Positions 50,160 through 63,032 of a stretch of DNA of 64,000 nt are shown here, in pieces. Numbering within the stretch: position 1 is the stretch's first letter; each line of letters opens with the position of its first letter. The stretch is from Phoronis australis (Eukaryota > Animalia > Phoronida), in NCBI GenBank assembly GCA_002633005.1, contig NMRA01000183.1, positions 307,464 through 371,463 on the forward strand. Reading direction: 5' to 3'. Made by a program: the position numbers and the translations under genes. The notes under the pieces were generated by a model. The model saw only the letters and a program-made list of their open reading frames with translations, searched no databases and had not been told where the DNA came from.

Positions 50160-52242
50160 AGGAGAATGCCACCCGATTTAATTAATCATTTACCGTCTGA
50201 ATCGGTCTACATCCACGTCACCTCGTATACGATCGATCTTAGCTCGCCAATAGGTGTTGCGTTAACCTGTGAGGAAGGTGAGAAACGACGCAGTGGTTCT
50301 TTTGCAGAGTTAGTGCCGATATGGTGTAGTGTATCATTTCAGCTTGTGTGTACTTTGAAAATGCGAGGAAAGCCGGTATATTGTTATTTCCATTCCCTCG
50401 ATAACCCGGAAGTGACTCGCGGCGGTGAAGAATGAAAAGTACGCCATTAATATCAAGTATGAGGCCGTGAAACATCTCCGTGTCTGTATCCGGCATTTCG
50501 TTGACAGTAATTTTACTGACGAATGCCGGGTTAACAAACAGCTCATGCCAGGGCAGAAAAAGAGACTCAGGCTGAAGTCAGATGCTGTGCCTAGTGTGTT
50601 TGCGTTCGGCAGGCAGGAGACAAAGAAACGCGGATCAGTTGCTGATCAGCTTTTGATTATCGAGAACTGTAGTTGGTCACGAAAACATTCAAGGCATGAG
50701 AACATAACGTTTTATATACATGTAACCTGTTTGATGACTTACTCGTTCTTCAGGCTTATGTTTGGCCCTCAGGTGTAGGATGTTTTCGCCAGTTCTTTTC
50801 CCAGTCCTAAAAACGTCGTAAGCACACCTCTGTTGATATGCTTTGCAAAATCATGATGGTCCGTGAGACAGGTCTGCGCTTCTCCAAGAAGGCGTTTCAT
50901 TTGCGGAATTTCGTGGCAGCAAACGCAAGCGTCAGTCGTTTCCATTATCGTACACTTAACGCACTAACACCATGACAAGTCGTTCAAACAGTTTTCAAAA
51001 CTATCCGTATGTTCCGTTGTCTGTACACGTTTACGGAGTATCTCTACATCTAGTATTACTTGATCAGTGTATTCCGATTCGAATGGTGAAACTAACAATC
51101 GACCTTTGAAGTCTTCGTCGGATGAGCACTCGTCATATCGGGATTGCGATTTGCCATCTTAACGTTTATCATGGTGCGTTCTTTTCAAAACGAATTATCG
51201 CCCTAACCACTGCTTATATAAAATTGAAACAATGTCTGTCTCATCAGATACAATTTGTAATGCCTTTGGATTGTACGTGAGTGCAAATGTTTTGAGAAGC
51301 CAGCAATGAGTAAATCACGGCTTTAGATGCGTTAAAGCTAATTGACCGGGCACCGACTCGGGCCGTGTGAGCGCATGTTAATTCAGTGTTTGCTGACAAA
51401 AAGCTGTTGTGAAACAACAACTTGATTTAATATCCAGTGGTCAGATGTTAGGGGAATCTTTATTTAGATATACATATACTTTATTCCAATCATTGTTGGT
51501 GTACAACTTTTGCCCTATGGTTCTGTGGAAGGGGAACTTGATTTCGCGGCCCGCGACGAGTAAATAGATTTGAAGTTTCACGGCTATATTCATCAAAATA
51601 ATCTCGTGCGCATTGTTTCCTTGGCTCACTAGTATAGTCTTTGCGTGCCTGGAAGTTTAGTTTTCAACGTTGGCTGGTTTATGTTCGTGATGTCTTCAGA
51701 TTGGCTGCGACGAGCCTGATCGGATTCCAAGCCACTGGGCAGGGATAACAAGCGTTTTGTGTGTTTTGGGAAGTGAAAAAAATGCAAATCTAAAATAACG
51801 ACACACACCTTTGTTCTGCTGTCTGTATTACACGGAAGAATATTTCGAATTTATCACCGAACAGACTCCAAATTCCCGCGACCGACCATGGTAACCAAAC
51901 TTTGTAGGCTACGGTACGCCCAAATACCTGTAAATCCGTCCGTAACAGCGAAATAAAACAACATATATGTTCAAGAAATCGATGTATTTGTAATGGTTTC
52001 ACATCGAATATTGATGATTTATTGGTGTAAAACGATGAATTCAAACAATATGCTGACCCCCGTAAGCGTGTTGTGAACTGCTGTACAGTCTGCGTTGGAA
52101 TCTGTGACGTCATTGGTTAATTTCAACACCTCAGTATGCCGTCAGGTGTCAGGTAAAAGAACTCTACCTGCTGTTATCGAGTGGAACTACTCGATCTAAA
52201 TTGAAAAAAATATGTTGCTTTTTGCCGGGGAGGCATTGTCCT
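50160..52242 (+). mobile_element. Decayed Kolobok transposon: THAP relic (+) and KolX relic (-)
   Basis: TTAA|aggagaatgccacccg ... cggggaggcattgtcct|TTAT; LRVCIRHF...RLKSDAVPSVF on +; WC*CVKCTIMETTDACVCCHEIP...CLTDHHDF on - (~50840-50975). Confidence 0.75.
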
Positions 52243-52700
52243 TTATTTCTGAAATGTCCTTCGGTATAATCATCTTCTCTGTTGTTAGTGGTTGTGTTGC
52301 TACAAATGCCATCCGGTTCCATTCTAAGTCTTACTCCTTCAACCTATGTTACAAAGAAAATTTTAATGGAGGCTAGATCTTGACAGTGATGGTATTGAAG
52401 TTTTGTGTATACAGCTACATGTAGATTCATTTCAATAGGGCAAATCCTGTTTTGGGTATAAAGCTTCAACGAGATTCATTTCAATAGGGCCAAGCCTATT
52501 CTTGTTATTAATGTGCACGGTGCGCCAAGAGGTGCTGCACGATTTGACTGTTTTTGAAACCTTCATTAATATAAGGATGGAAAAAAGATATTGTTATGAT
52601 TGGAAATTTTATCATTGACGTAGAGTGCCAGTGTTAATTCCAGGGTGTTATTGGCACTGACACACTCTCTAGCTCTGCATCAAGCTGTAACTGAACATAC

Positions 52701-52758
52701 CCGTGTTGTAATGGCTGGTCAGACTTTTAAGGATGCAAAAATAGGCTGTTAGGATCAT
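52701..52758 (-). CDS. Candidate start/leader exon of gene B
   Basis: Exon 52790-52701 (ttcag| ... G|gtatg); upstream in-frame stop, then MILTAYFCILKSLTSHYNT ending in phase 1; only weakly signal-peptide-like. Confidence 0.35.
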
Positions 52759-55700
52759 CCTGTCCCATTTGGCACTCAGTCAGATGTTCACTGAATTAAA
52801 AGTGGATGGCCGTTGCTAACTATTATGAATTGAAACGGTGGCGTATGGTTCCCAAGTGTTACTACGGTGATGCACTACAATACCTGATCAGAAATACTGT
52901 ACTACCCTGTATGCCGTTTCATACCACACAAATGCTCGCTTTAGCTCACAACATAACATTCTGGTACCTACATGTAGGCACGTGACTGTATTTGAAGACA
53001 TTTTTATTGACATTAGGGAGTGGACTGATCTCCCTGGTCACATTAAACACATACTTTTAATCATTTTTAGGAAATGTTTGTACAATCAACTTTCTCAACT
53101 TAATCACTATCTGTATCTTTCTTACGATCGTGTGACAACAACACAATTATTTATACATCGCTTTTCTTTTTTATTTAAGATAGTTATGCTTAATTTAAAC
53201 AAAGTTTTTAATCTGATCACTATCATTTGTATGCTTTTCCATTATCAAAATATTTGTAATTTATCATCATTTTATCTCCATGCCCTTTCCATTGTTTATA
53301 CATTGTTCATTGCCATTATGTGTTTTTGTACAGAACATCCTCAATAAACATTGTTTAAACAGAAAAAATCTAAGTAAGGATTTTTTTTAATAAGGTTGAT
53401 ATTTGATCATTTAAGCCGTGTCTAACTGTTTCTCATCTATCCACCAAGATGGAGGTTTTATGACGGCAAGTGTCCTAAATCTAAACTAGGATTTCAAACA
53501 CATACATGTAACGTGGGTTTATGCCGTTTTAATGAATGACCGAATGATGACAGCTCAGGCTATGCTTTGAATGGTACGTAATGGCCCGTTGGTAGTTAAC
53601 CTTTAAGAAACCGAACATCTTCTGTCAGTGATTTGACTAAACGAGGTCGCTGATTTTTATTGCTCTGGTTTTCATGAGATGCTCTATTACCTTGCAAATT
53701 CAGGTGAATATATGTCCATTACTATACATATTGATGGCCACCATCTTGCGTTCACGCCCTCTGCGTTTCCAAAACATTACCCATACCAGAACACCACAGC
53801 TGACTCAAAAAGATACAAAACCAAATTTTCAACAGGTTGCTCCGCCACATTTTTCAAACTTGTCTCAAACTTTTGATCATTGACTACGTTAACAGAGCCT
53901 CAGCTCGTTTTAGATATTAAGGTAAACCAGATGGCAACTATTAATAGGGTAAATCGGGTCTTGTTATCCTTAGGATTTTAAGAATACTTTGTTCACACTT
54001 TGAGTCAATTTTAATTAAGACTTTAAAAGCCGTCTCATTCTGTATGTGTTCAATTAATATAATTAACCAATTGGTTCTGTATTAAGTAACACGCTTATGC
54101 TCTTTTTCTATTGCACAGGGGAGGGGTGGGGGTGGGGGTGTGGTGTTCAAACTGAGGTAGGTCGTGACTGTTGGAGGTTGATGCACTTTTAGTGCAAGCG
54201 TAATTGTACTATATACATAAACTTTTTTGGTTTTAAAATCAGGTTTTCGTGTACTTTTATGAAGTGAAAGCCAATTAGTTCAGAAATTATCATTCAAGCA
54301 GTCACATTTTTCAAAGGACAAGCGTAATGCGCAATGTTAAAGCGGATCGTGAGAATACGTGCGTTGTATTCCATTGGACTGACGTCACTTTCATGCATTA
54401 ATGTGTAGTTAGGAAAGTTTATACAATTTGATGTTATTCAGACTGTCTATTAGTTGTCGTGACTAACGATTCATGGATCATTACAAAGTCATTAGCCTTT
54501 CAAATGAGTCCGATAAATATTCGTAAGCGTCGTTACCAACGATTACGCTAATTTCATTTCGTCATAGAAGACAAAACGTTACAGCAAGTCTCAGGGTCAG
54601 GTGTACTGTTAATTTGTGTTGAAATGTCACTTATAAAATAACACCAGATGCAAGGTTAACGTGTATTACATAGGCTTAGTTTTGTTAAGAAAACGATTCA
54701 GCAAATACCTTCCACGGTAAAATAGTTAGCCGCCACAACTACATTTCGATTGTCAGTCTCCGATTGTAACAATACAGACCGGGAATCACTTAACAAAGAT
54801 GAACGAGGTACCAGCATCTAACCCCTGGAGCACTTAGAGTCCACCTCAGTATGTACAGAATTTAATATCTGTCGTTGTACTCACCTGAAACCCAAAAATA
54901 CATCGAAAACGGCAAGCACTGAAAATTTAAGCTAGATTAAATATTCTAGGTACCGGAAAAAAACTAACGTGCCCCACTGAAAACCGAATGACCCATGACA
55001 GACAAATTGCACTCTAGAAACAACCAAAAATGACCCCCGAGGTACCCCCAAAAATTGCATACGATTCAATGCATGCCCTGACCACAGAATGGCTTTTGAC
55101 AGACAAAATTCACTTTGTGTTGTGCTCGCCGAAATCCCTATTCTGGACGGGTTGGGCTACTTAAAACCCACAGAGGGTAATAAACCCGCTACCTCTCAGT
55201 CGACACCATAAAGCCCTTGATAAGCCGTGTTTACTTACACAGGGCAAGTGGGACAGTTGCATAACTAAGAGGGGGTTCACAATGAACTACTTCCAATCAC
55301 CTTGTACATGTAGGTGAGTGCGATCTCTGGTAATAAACACCGTTCAATTTCAAAAGGACTATTGTTTGTGACTAACACCGATTGTTTCCCATCACCCGAA
55401 AAGTTCGAAGACACTATGTAGACTAGTTTCCCCCTCTAAGACCAAAATGCAAAACGCTCAACCTCCATATGCTGCTGAAAGAACATCTAGACGACGAGAT
55501 GCTGTTAAAATTACACATATTCTTAATTAGCCGACTAACGTTCACTTCATATAGAATCCCGCGGGGCCTTTCGAAGGTCAACTAATTATATATAATTTCC
55601 TTTCACTAAATTCTTGGTCTGATGACTTGTCAGACATTGTTGCAGACCGAGTTTTTATCAACCTTCCCACTATAAGAATGGCACAAAGAGTTGGATGACT

Positions 55701-58700
55701 TGTTCGTGGTAGAAAAACGGTTTGAATTGTATTCGTTTCATTACAACGCAGTCATGCTAGCTGACCTCTGATTTCCCCACGATAATAAGCAAGGCTTTGT
55801 ATATATGCGAGGAATCCTTGCAAGCGCGTGCTCTTCTCCTGTCATGTGCAGTCCAATATCTGGTCGTTTTTTGCCGTGTGATCAAATTAGAAAAAAGTGA
55901 CCTAAATTCCCTTTGTTGTATCAAGCACGAATTCTCCAAATGTTCAAAAAGCATGTAGGCAACCATTTTTTTTAGGTTTGGATGACAATTTTGGTGCAAA
56001 TACATGTACATGTACATGTACATCTGCAGTTGGAGCTGTGAAACCAATTTAGATATTCATGCACTTATTTGTCAATTGTCTGAAGCTGGTATATTTTGTG
56101 GATCTGTCTTCTCTTTGAACAATTAAAGAAACACATTTGTAGACAGTGAAGTTTTAACAAATTAAATCTGTGCATTTATAAACAAACATAAATGCATTCG
56201 AAAAGTGAAAATATACATTTTCTGAAAGAAAATCTGTACAACTTGATTTAGACTTTTTAACAAACTACAACTAAGTGGGTCACGTGACCATACGTTTTTC
56301 AGGAAAGGTACGCTCATGGCAACACAACGATATCAAAAACATGACCAAATTTCGTTTCTGATAAATGTCCATTGAAATGTCAAAAATACCCATTATAGTT
56401 TTCCAAAGTATCAATTTGTTTTTGTTTTCTACAACTTTGAATGTTTTCCCATTGGCCATGTTATTGATAATCCCTCATTCAAAACTGGGTTCATTTTAAG
56501 AACAATTCTAATTACTGTTTTCAGTCGATAATTCGAGAAGCAGAAAATCTGAACGTAATTAAAATGGGGCATTTTGCAAGGGTCCTGCATAACCATCGGA
56601 GTACCCTAACTTGTTGTCTTCAACTTGTTTACCCGTTTATAAATGACGTGGCTGGTGTGTTATCGAATTTGCGATTAGCTTTGCTTTCATTTGCCTTCAG
56701 TTGGAGCGACTGAAACTTCCGTTGTGTCCCACACTACGTACGAGCGACGGGTGTACGTTGCGCGAGTGAAACTTGAAATGAAAAGTATCTCGCCTACCAA
56801 ATCGCGTGGCTTGAAACCGGCAATAACGGCGCACAAATTTCGATTTGACACGATCAATTTCGTTTACTTCCTTTAGTAAAAGTGAAGATCTTGTATGGCA
56901 AATCATGTATAGATCATCAACTTGAGTCATTTCCTTAATCAAATACAATGAAAGTATTTCTTCCTCTTTGACCATTGTTTGTTTTGCGCCAAAAACTTTT
57001 ACACCCAATGGGGTCGCACATGGTGCGCAACATCATAACACGAATTTCGCTCGCTAGAGTGCAGTCGGTTCAGCGGTCCTTTGCGGTTGAAAACCTCATT
57101 GGCAAGTCTTTAGCCAGAAATGTACAGATCTATCGAATTAAACTCAATAAAGTATACAGTCTCTAGAAAGCCTGTAGCATTTAATTTTTGACTTTATCTG
57201 GATATGCCATTAATTGGGTCGCGTGCCCAATTAGCATTTTATTAGGATATTGCATGACATTTTTAAGTTGGTATTGTTTCCCTTTAAACTACAAGACCAC
57301 AATCACTCGCAACATTAATGAACTGCGTGCAAATTATACTCAAAAGTATAGCACAATCCTAGTTAAACATAGGCTTACAACCTTTTATAAAACTTTCTCC
57401 AGGCAAGTTTTGAAGCCACGCCCTTGTGGTAAGGCAATATGTGTGACTCATTTGATTGGCATAGCACGTTTCTTGACTTTAGACTTTTAGAGCAATAAGG
57501 AACGGTGAGTTGTCGCGAATAGCATTTACACGCAACAAGTAAGAGATAGAAGTTTACACCAGACCAACATTTATTTCATAGCTTATGCATTTATAACAAT
57601 GGATACGACAGAAACAAAAGACAATTCTTTTGTCCTATAGTGTTAACGGCTCCACAGGTTACAATCCACAGTCGGAAAAAAGTAGCGTAAACAGCAAACA
57701 CTTGAAGCGGCAATGAACCAGCTTTCCGTCGAAAAACCTGTTTAGACGACTTAAAACTTTAAACTTGGGTTCATCTTGTTCCTGTTGCTTAGATGAGAAA
57801 TAGCTTTTGGAAAGCCGAAGACTGACCGACTTCCTCAAAGATTTGAAGCAAACGCCGTTCAAGTCATTACTAGAGCCTGGCAGGTCTTTCCCGGTAGGAT
57901 AATCATACATGTATCTATTTTGACAAAGTTGTCTAAACCAAATTTTTGATTTTTGTGACGGAAGGTGAGTTCACAGCCGCTTTCAATCATTTCCTATCAC
58001 AGAACACAAATCAAGCGCCATCACTTATAAAACCTTTAGTTATTGTCTGTCAAGTATGGATAATGTATGTAATGCCACCATTCTAATACTTCCATGGCAT
58101 TGTCAAATCCCAGCACCACCAAAATTTGATGCTGCATACACGTAGGCCTATTTCATAGGATCGTTTTTAGTGTATACTGAAGTCTGTATCCAGCACATTG
58201 AATTAGCTAGGATTTCAACACAGTCGAAATTTAAGCAATATCCGTTCACACTCTGATAAAGTAAAGTGTCTAAGCGCCACTAAATAACTCTTAACGTTAG
58301 GCCATGCAACCAGCTTGGTTGAACTTGACCGTCGGCCTAGTTGCTTTCGGCGTACATAACAAAAACCACCAAAAACCGAAATTGTGTCGACTTCTCGGCA
58401 ACAACGATCTGTTTATTCTCCCCGAAATTCACAGTCACTTCACATGTAAGTACGTGTAATTTTCAGAACAGTGAATGCTAAGTTGTTTTTGAGAACAAAC
58501 TCACTAAAGTAATGTACAGTGGCGCTTTGAGTGGCGAATGCGATGTACATTATGAACCAATATCCACAACACCAGCCAGGTTTAAACTAAGATATACGAT
58601 TATGATCTAAATAGAACTACCTACCATTAGACAAAATGCAAATACATAAAAAGTGCTGCCACCATAACAGTGTTTCCCGTTTTTTGTCTTTACTTGATAC

Positions 58701-58836
58701 TGTTTGAACGAATTCTATAGCAGAGTAATTGTTCCTAGGTGGATCACACAGCATGTGACGAACTGCGGCTTGCTGAACAAAAAAGCACTATAAACCTAGT
58801 GCAAGGAAGTTCTACCACACCAGCAACGCCCCCAAT

Positions 58837-59012
58837 CTATTCTGCAGTACATATTACATTGCGTGGCCAGTCACAGACACAAGTTTCCGCGTTGAAGATC
58901 AAGGTGCCAGGACAGCTTAACTCGAACGATCGGTCCGTCCCTATCACCTGTTGTCGGTACCGCTTACAGTCGTCAATGGGCGTGTAGCGATTGCCAAAGG
59001 CGTCACAATACT
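58837..59012 (-). CDS. Gene A terminal exon, chitin-binding type-2-like domain
   Basis: tttgcag|AG; YCDAFGNRYTPIDDCKRYRQQVIGTDRSFELSCPGTLIFNAETCVCDWPRNVICTAE*. Confidence 0.85.
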
Positions 59013-62000
59013 CTGCAAACAGATAGCCATCACTGATGTTAAACACGGAGTAGGTAACGTCAATGGACATCAGACTTTGTTCTTGGCGAATTTAATGTGA
59101 TGTAAATTTAACCCCAAAACAAATTTTTAAAAATACACTCTGGCCTTGCGGAGTTGCGGGCTACATGTACTTAAGAGTTGCCAATTACTTGAGAGTGTGT
59201 TAATTAAACTAAGTTGACTGGAGTCTAGTCATATATTGTAACGATGTTTCTCCAATTAAGCACCTAAAAGTTAAAGCTAGACCTCAACCTTGGGCAACCA
59301 ATGAAATTCTAGAAAATAATTAAGCTCGAGACAAAGTATAAAGGGTTTTTAAAAGAAATAATCGCCCTGATATCTACTCTGAATTCTGTATATTGCGTAA
59401 CAAAATTAAAATGGCCAAAGCCTATTTTTATCGGATCAAATCAATATCAATTGTAATGGCATTAAGAAGTTTTAGAAAACTTTCATATCAACGTGTTACT
59501 TAGATAAGAAAACGCGCAATTAGTCTATCAAAATCAGAGACAACAGAAATGGGATGTGTTTTGATAATTCTCAGATCGACAAATTATTTAACGACTCTAG
59601 TGGAGCTGGCACCTACATGTACTGCTCCAAATTTTTTTACGCCTGACATTGTCCATACATTTCAACATAACACGGGAGTTTAGAGAGACTGTTTTAACTT
59701 AGAAAGCATGCCAATCGATCACGTCTGCACTCTTCTTCAAGGCTTGGGAGTTCACTAAAGCACTAGATTTGGCAATGTCCCTCCTCGCTTCGTCATAGAC
59801 GGTGGTGTTACCTTGGCTAAACCTTTCAGTAACATTGTAAATTTGTCCATTACAATTTCCTTTGTTCCTCATTTATTTAAGTGTGCTAAAGTTATCCCTC
59901 TCATTAAGAAGAATGCCAGATTGAAGGTGTCTAATAATAGACCAGTATTAATCAGTTGTATTACTTTCTAAGATTTTAGGAGTTGTCTATTATCAACTGG
60001 AAAACAATTTAAGTATGGTGATTGGTCTTCTTTTTCCACTGAAACCTGCTTGTCTTACATTACTGCCAATATAAAATTAGCTCTCGATACAGGTAAAAGT
60101 ACTGGCAGGGTTTTAATTGATCTACAAAACGCGTTCGAGACGTTAGATCATGATATTTTGATTGATAAATTAAAATCTGTTGGTCTTGCACAGAATTCTG
60201 TCAAGTGGTTCGACTCTTATTTAACTTTTAGCGCCCACGTCGTTGACATACTTGGCTGTCAGACTGAACTGAGGCGTCCCCCCAGGGCTCTATTCTGGGC
60301 CCCTTGTTATTTCTCCTGTATGTTTATGACATGGAATCTACAGTTGATTGTAATCTTCTTCAGTACGCAGGTGATTCTGCCTTATTTTTCCCATACTAAC
60401 GTCTCAGTATTTAGCAGCCTCTTATTAATGAAGTCAATAACCTATGCGATTCATGTATTGATAACATACAATCCCTTCATGTTGGTAAATCAAACCATGT
60501 TGACTTTAATGTAGCTTGTAGTGGTAGTGTTCTCACTTCATGCTCATCTCATGGATAAAATGCTCTTGTTTGAGGAGACAACTTAGTGTATTATTAGAAA
60601 ATACAATTGTAGTCTACACTGTACATTTTATGTACAGGCACAGAGAATGCTTAGACATAAGGACGCATAAAGTCCTGTGCAATTTATTAATAATTCATTT
60701 TTGATTATGCTTGTCCAAGCTGGTTTTCCAGTTTAAATACTTGTCTTCGCTAAAAGCGCCATGTGTGAAGAACATTAATTAGGTGTCTACTCAGTTTACA
60801 TCCTAGTACTCACATTAGTTTTTATCATTTTCAGTCCTTGGCTGGTTAAATATTGAAAATCGAGTAAACCATCTCAAACTGCACCTTATTCATGAAATAG
60901 TTCAGGGAAACACCCCCAAAGAATCTCTCACACTACTAGAAGAAGCAATAATGGCATTATTCTGTCAAGAGTCAAAAAACATGAATATAAAACCTTTTAA
61001 AAATCAATCGTAGTTCTATGGAATTCCCTTCCGGGCCACCTGGGAAATATTCCAAATTTAAACAGTCAAACGATATCTATTTAGCCTTTCTGAGAGAAGA
61101 CAAAGCTCTGACTTCATTTATTACTTAAGTTATGTATCTATTCATTTGAGATCTACCACATTACTTCTTTCTACATTTTCAGCTGGCTTACACATATCTC
61201 ATTCCTCCTGTACGATTATTTGCAATTGATTATTTATTCGTAATATTTATGTTTTTATTTTTGTGTGGGCCACCACAAAGTTTTTTACTTCATGGTTTTA
61301 TCCAGATAGTTTACAGAATTCTTTTGAATTTCTTATCTTGTGACTTTTACTTATTACTATAATTATTAGTGTAATTTCGTATATTATCAAATAAAATAAT
61401 ATTAGTGGAGATAAGTGACACGTGGCCTACACTCGAATGTTTATTTTTACCACAAGAGGACTCTAACTATGCATATCACATTGTTTAGCTGTTGCATTCT
61501 TGCCCATCACGAATTGGGGTTTAAAAACCCGGCCACACAATTACCAGCTTGGTTAAATATTGCTGAATGACCGGCAACTCAGATCACAGCAATGCATGCG
61601 TGTATGCATTACTTTGGCATCTGCAATTTTTGGGTTAGCCAACCCAAAATCTCACTATATGTAGCTTCTACTAGTGAATATCTTGCGCCACGAAGTTAGT
61701 TCATACAAAACCAATGAGCAATAGTGCTTGGCTTAAAAGTGCATATCGCCATATTGAGTTTGCTAAAACGACAATCAAATTAGTCGTTTATACTCTTAAA
61801 AACGGTTTCGTAATGTTCTTACATGATATTTTTTCCGACCAACGTTCAAGAACGCTTCATAGTTTATTGGGTTTATTTAGATATATGCCGACATCTTGTG
61901 AACACTTGTCTGATCACGCCAAATCAGGAAAGGGAGCAAATGGTGCAAAAGAACGCAGCCCATATCAAATAGAATTTAAACATACTTTTAAGGTCTTTTT

Positions 62001-63032
62001 TGCCACACTTGTTGCCTTTGTACAACACTAAACCCTTTTTGCAGCTGCACTTGTAACTTCCAGCTATGTTCGTGCAGATCCCGTTGACTTTGTCGCAAGT
62101 GTTGAGAGTTGAATCTGCGCACTCATCAATGTCTAAAGAATGAAAGATAACAAGGCATCAGCAGAAGAACTCGAAATTTCAATCAGTGGACTTAGTAGTA
62201 TTCAGATGACTCAGATGAAATCTAAACTGACATACATGTAACAAAGACTGGAAACAATAGAACTTGAATTCAATGCAGCAACTGTCAGATGCTTAATTCA
62301 TAAAAGGTGACTACGCACACGTTACAGTCAGGAGCAATGAATCCCAAGCCATGATTCTTTTAATTCAAAAAACACAGAGTTCCACAATTATTTATTACAG
62401 CTTTTCCAGCAAAGGTTTACAATAACTTCAACGCTGCTTTACTGGTTGAAATGGCTGGCGATTACACATGGTTATGAGTCCAAAGCCATATTACCTGTAC
62501 AAATTCCGGCCTTTAGCACATATCCTTCATTACACCTGCATTGTTTCCCGACACACTTTGCATTTGCTGGACATTTACTTCCCCCCGAGGCGCACGGCAC
62601 GTTTTCTAAATCTTCAATATAAAACATTACCTCTATGAGTATGGGCTCCTCTATTTAAACAACAAGAAAGTATGAACACGTGCTTTTCGTTTTTAGGCTC
62701 AGAATGATAATTACTGGAATTTTTTTGTTGTTTTTGCCTAGCTGTGTTGGTTAATTTACTGCAATCAAATATCCACCACTCGTCCCTAAATTATTGCATT
62801 TACTCATTTTACATGGGTACTGCTTTTAACTATTTGCATTCAATGAAGGAAACATAACACCTCTTTAATACATAAATATGCATGTGTATACACTTGTACT
62901 CTTAATTACCTTGACAACTTCCATTGAACATGACTTTACCAGCACTGCACCGGCACACTTGTTGAGTGGTGTTGCAAACGGAATGTGCAGGACACTTGGT
63001 TCCTCCCACTGCACAAGGAACGAATTCTTTTG
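58837..63032 (-). CDS. Gene A (paralog of gene B), 3' end: two EGF-like modules, cbEGF, chitin-binding domain; continues beyond window
   Basis: Four phase-1-compatible exons, same module types and terminal exon as gene B. Confidence 0.85.
59240..61130 (+). mobile_element. Heavily decayed LINE (CR1/L2-like) RT relic in the gene A intron
   Basis: Fragments PWATNEIL, AKVIPLIKK, VLIDLQNAFETLDHDILIDKL, GVPQGSILGPLLFLLYV, QYAGD; many stops and frameshifts. Confidence 0.8.
61986..62132 (-). CDS. Gene A Ca-binding EGF exon
   Basis: 147 nt; DIDECADSTLNTCDKVNGICTNIAGSYKCSCKKGLVLYKGNKCGKKDLK|gtatg. Confidence 0.85.
62495..62611 (-). CDS. Gene A EGF-like module exon
   Basis: 117 nt (alternative acceptor gives start 62605); DLENVPCASGGSKCPANAKCVGKQCRCNEGYVLKAGICT. 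Confidence 0.85.
62910..63032 (-). CDS. Gene A EGF-like module exon
   Basis: 123 nt; KEFVPCAVGGTKCPAHSVCNTTQQVCRCSAGKVMFNGSCQ. Confidence 0.85.

Noticed and set aside
52168-52345. Possible small 5' exons of gene B
   Set aside because: Partly within the Kolobok terminus; lengths and phases are incompatible.
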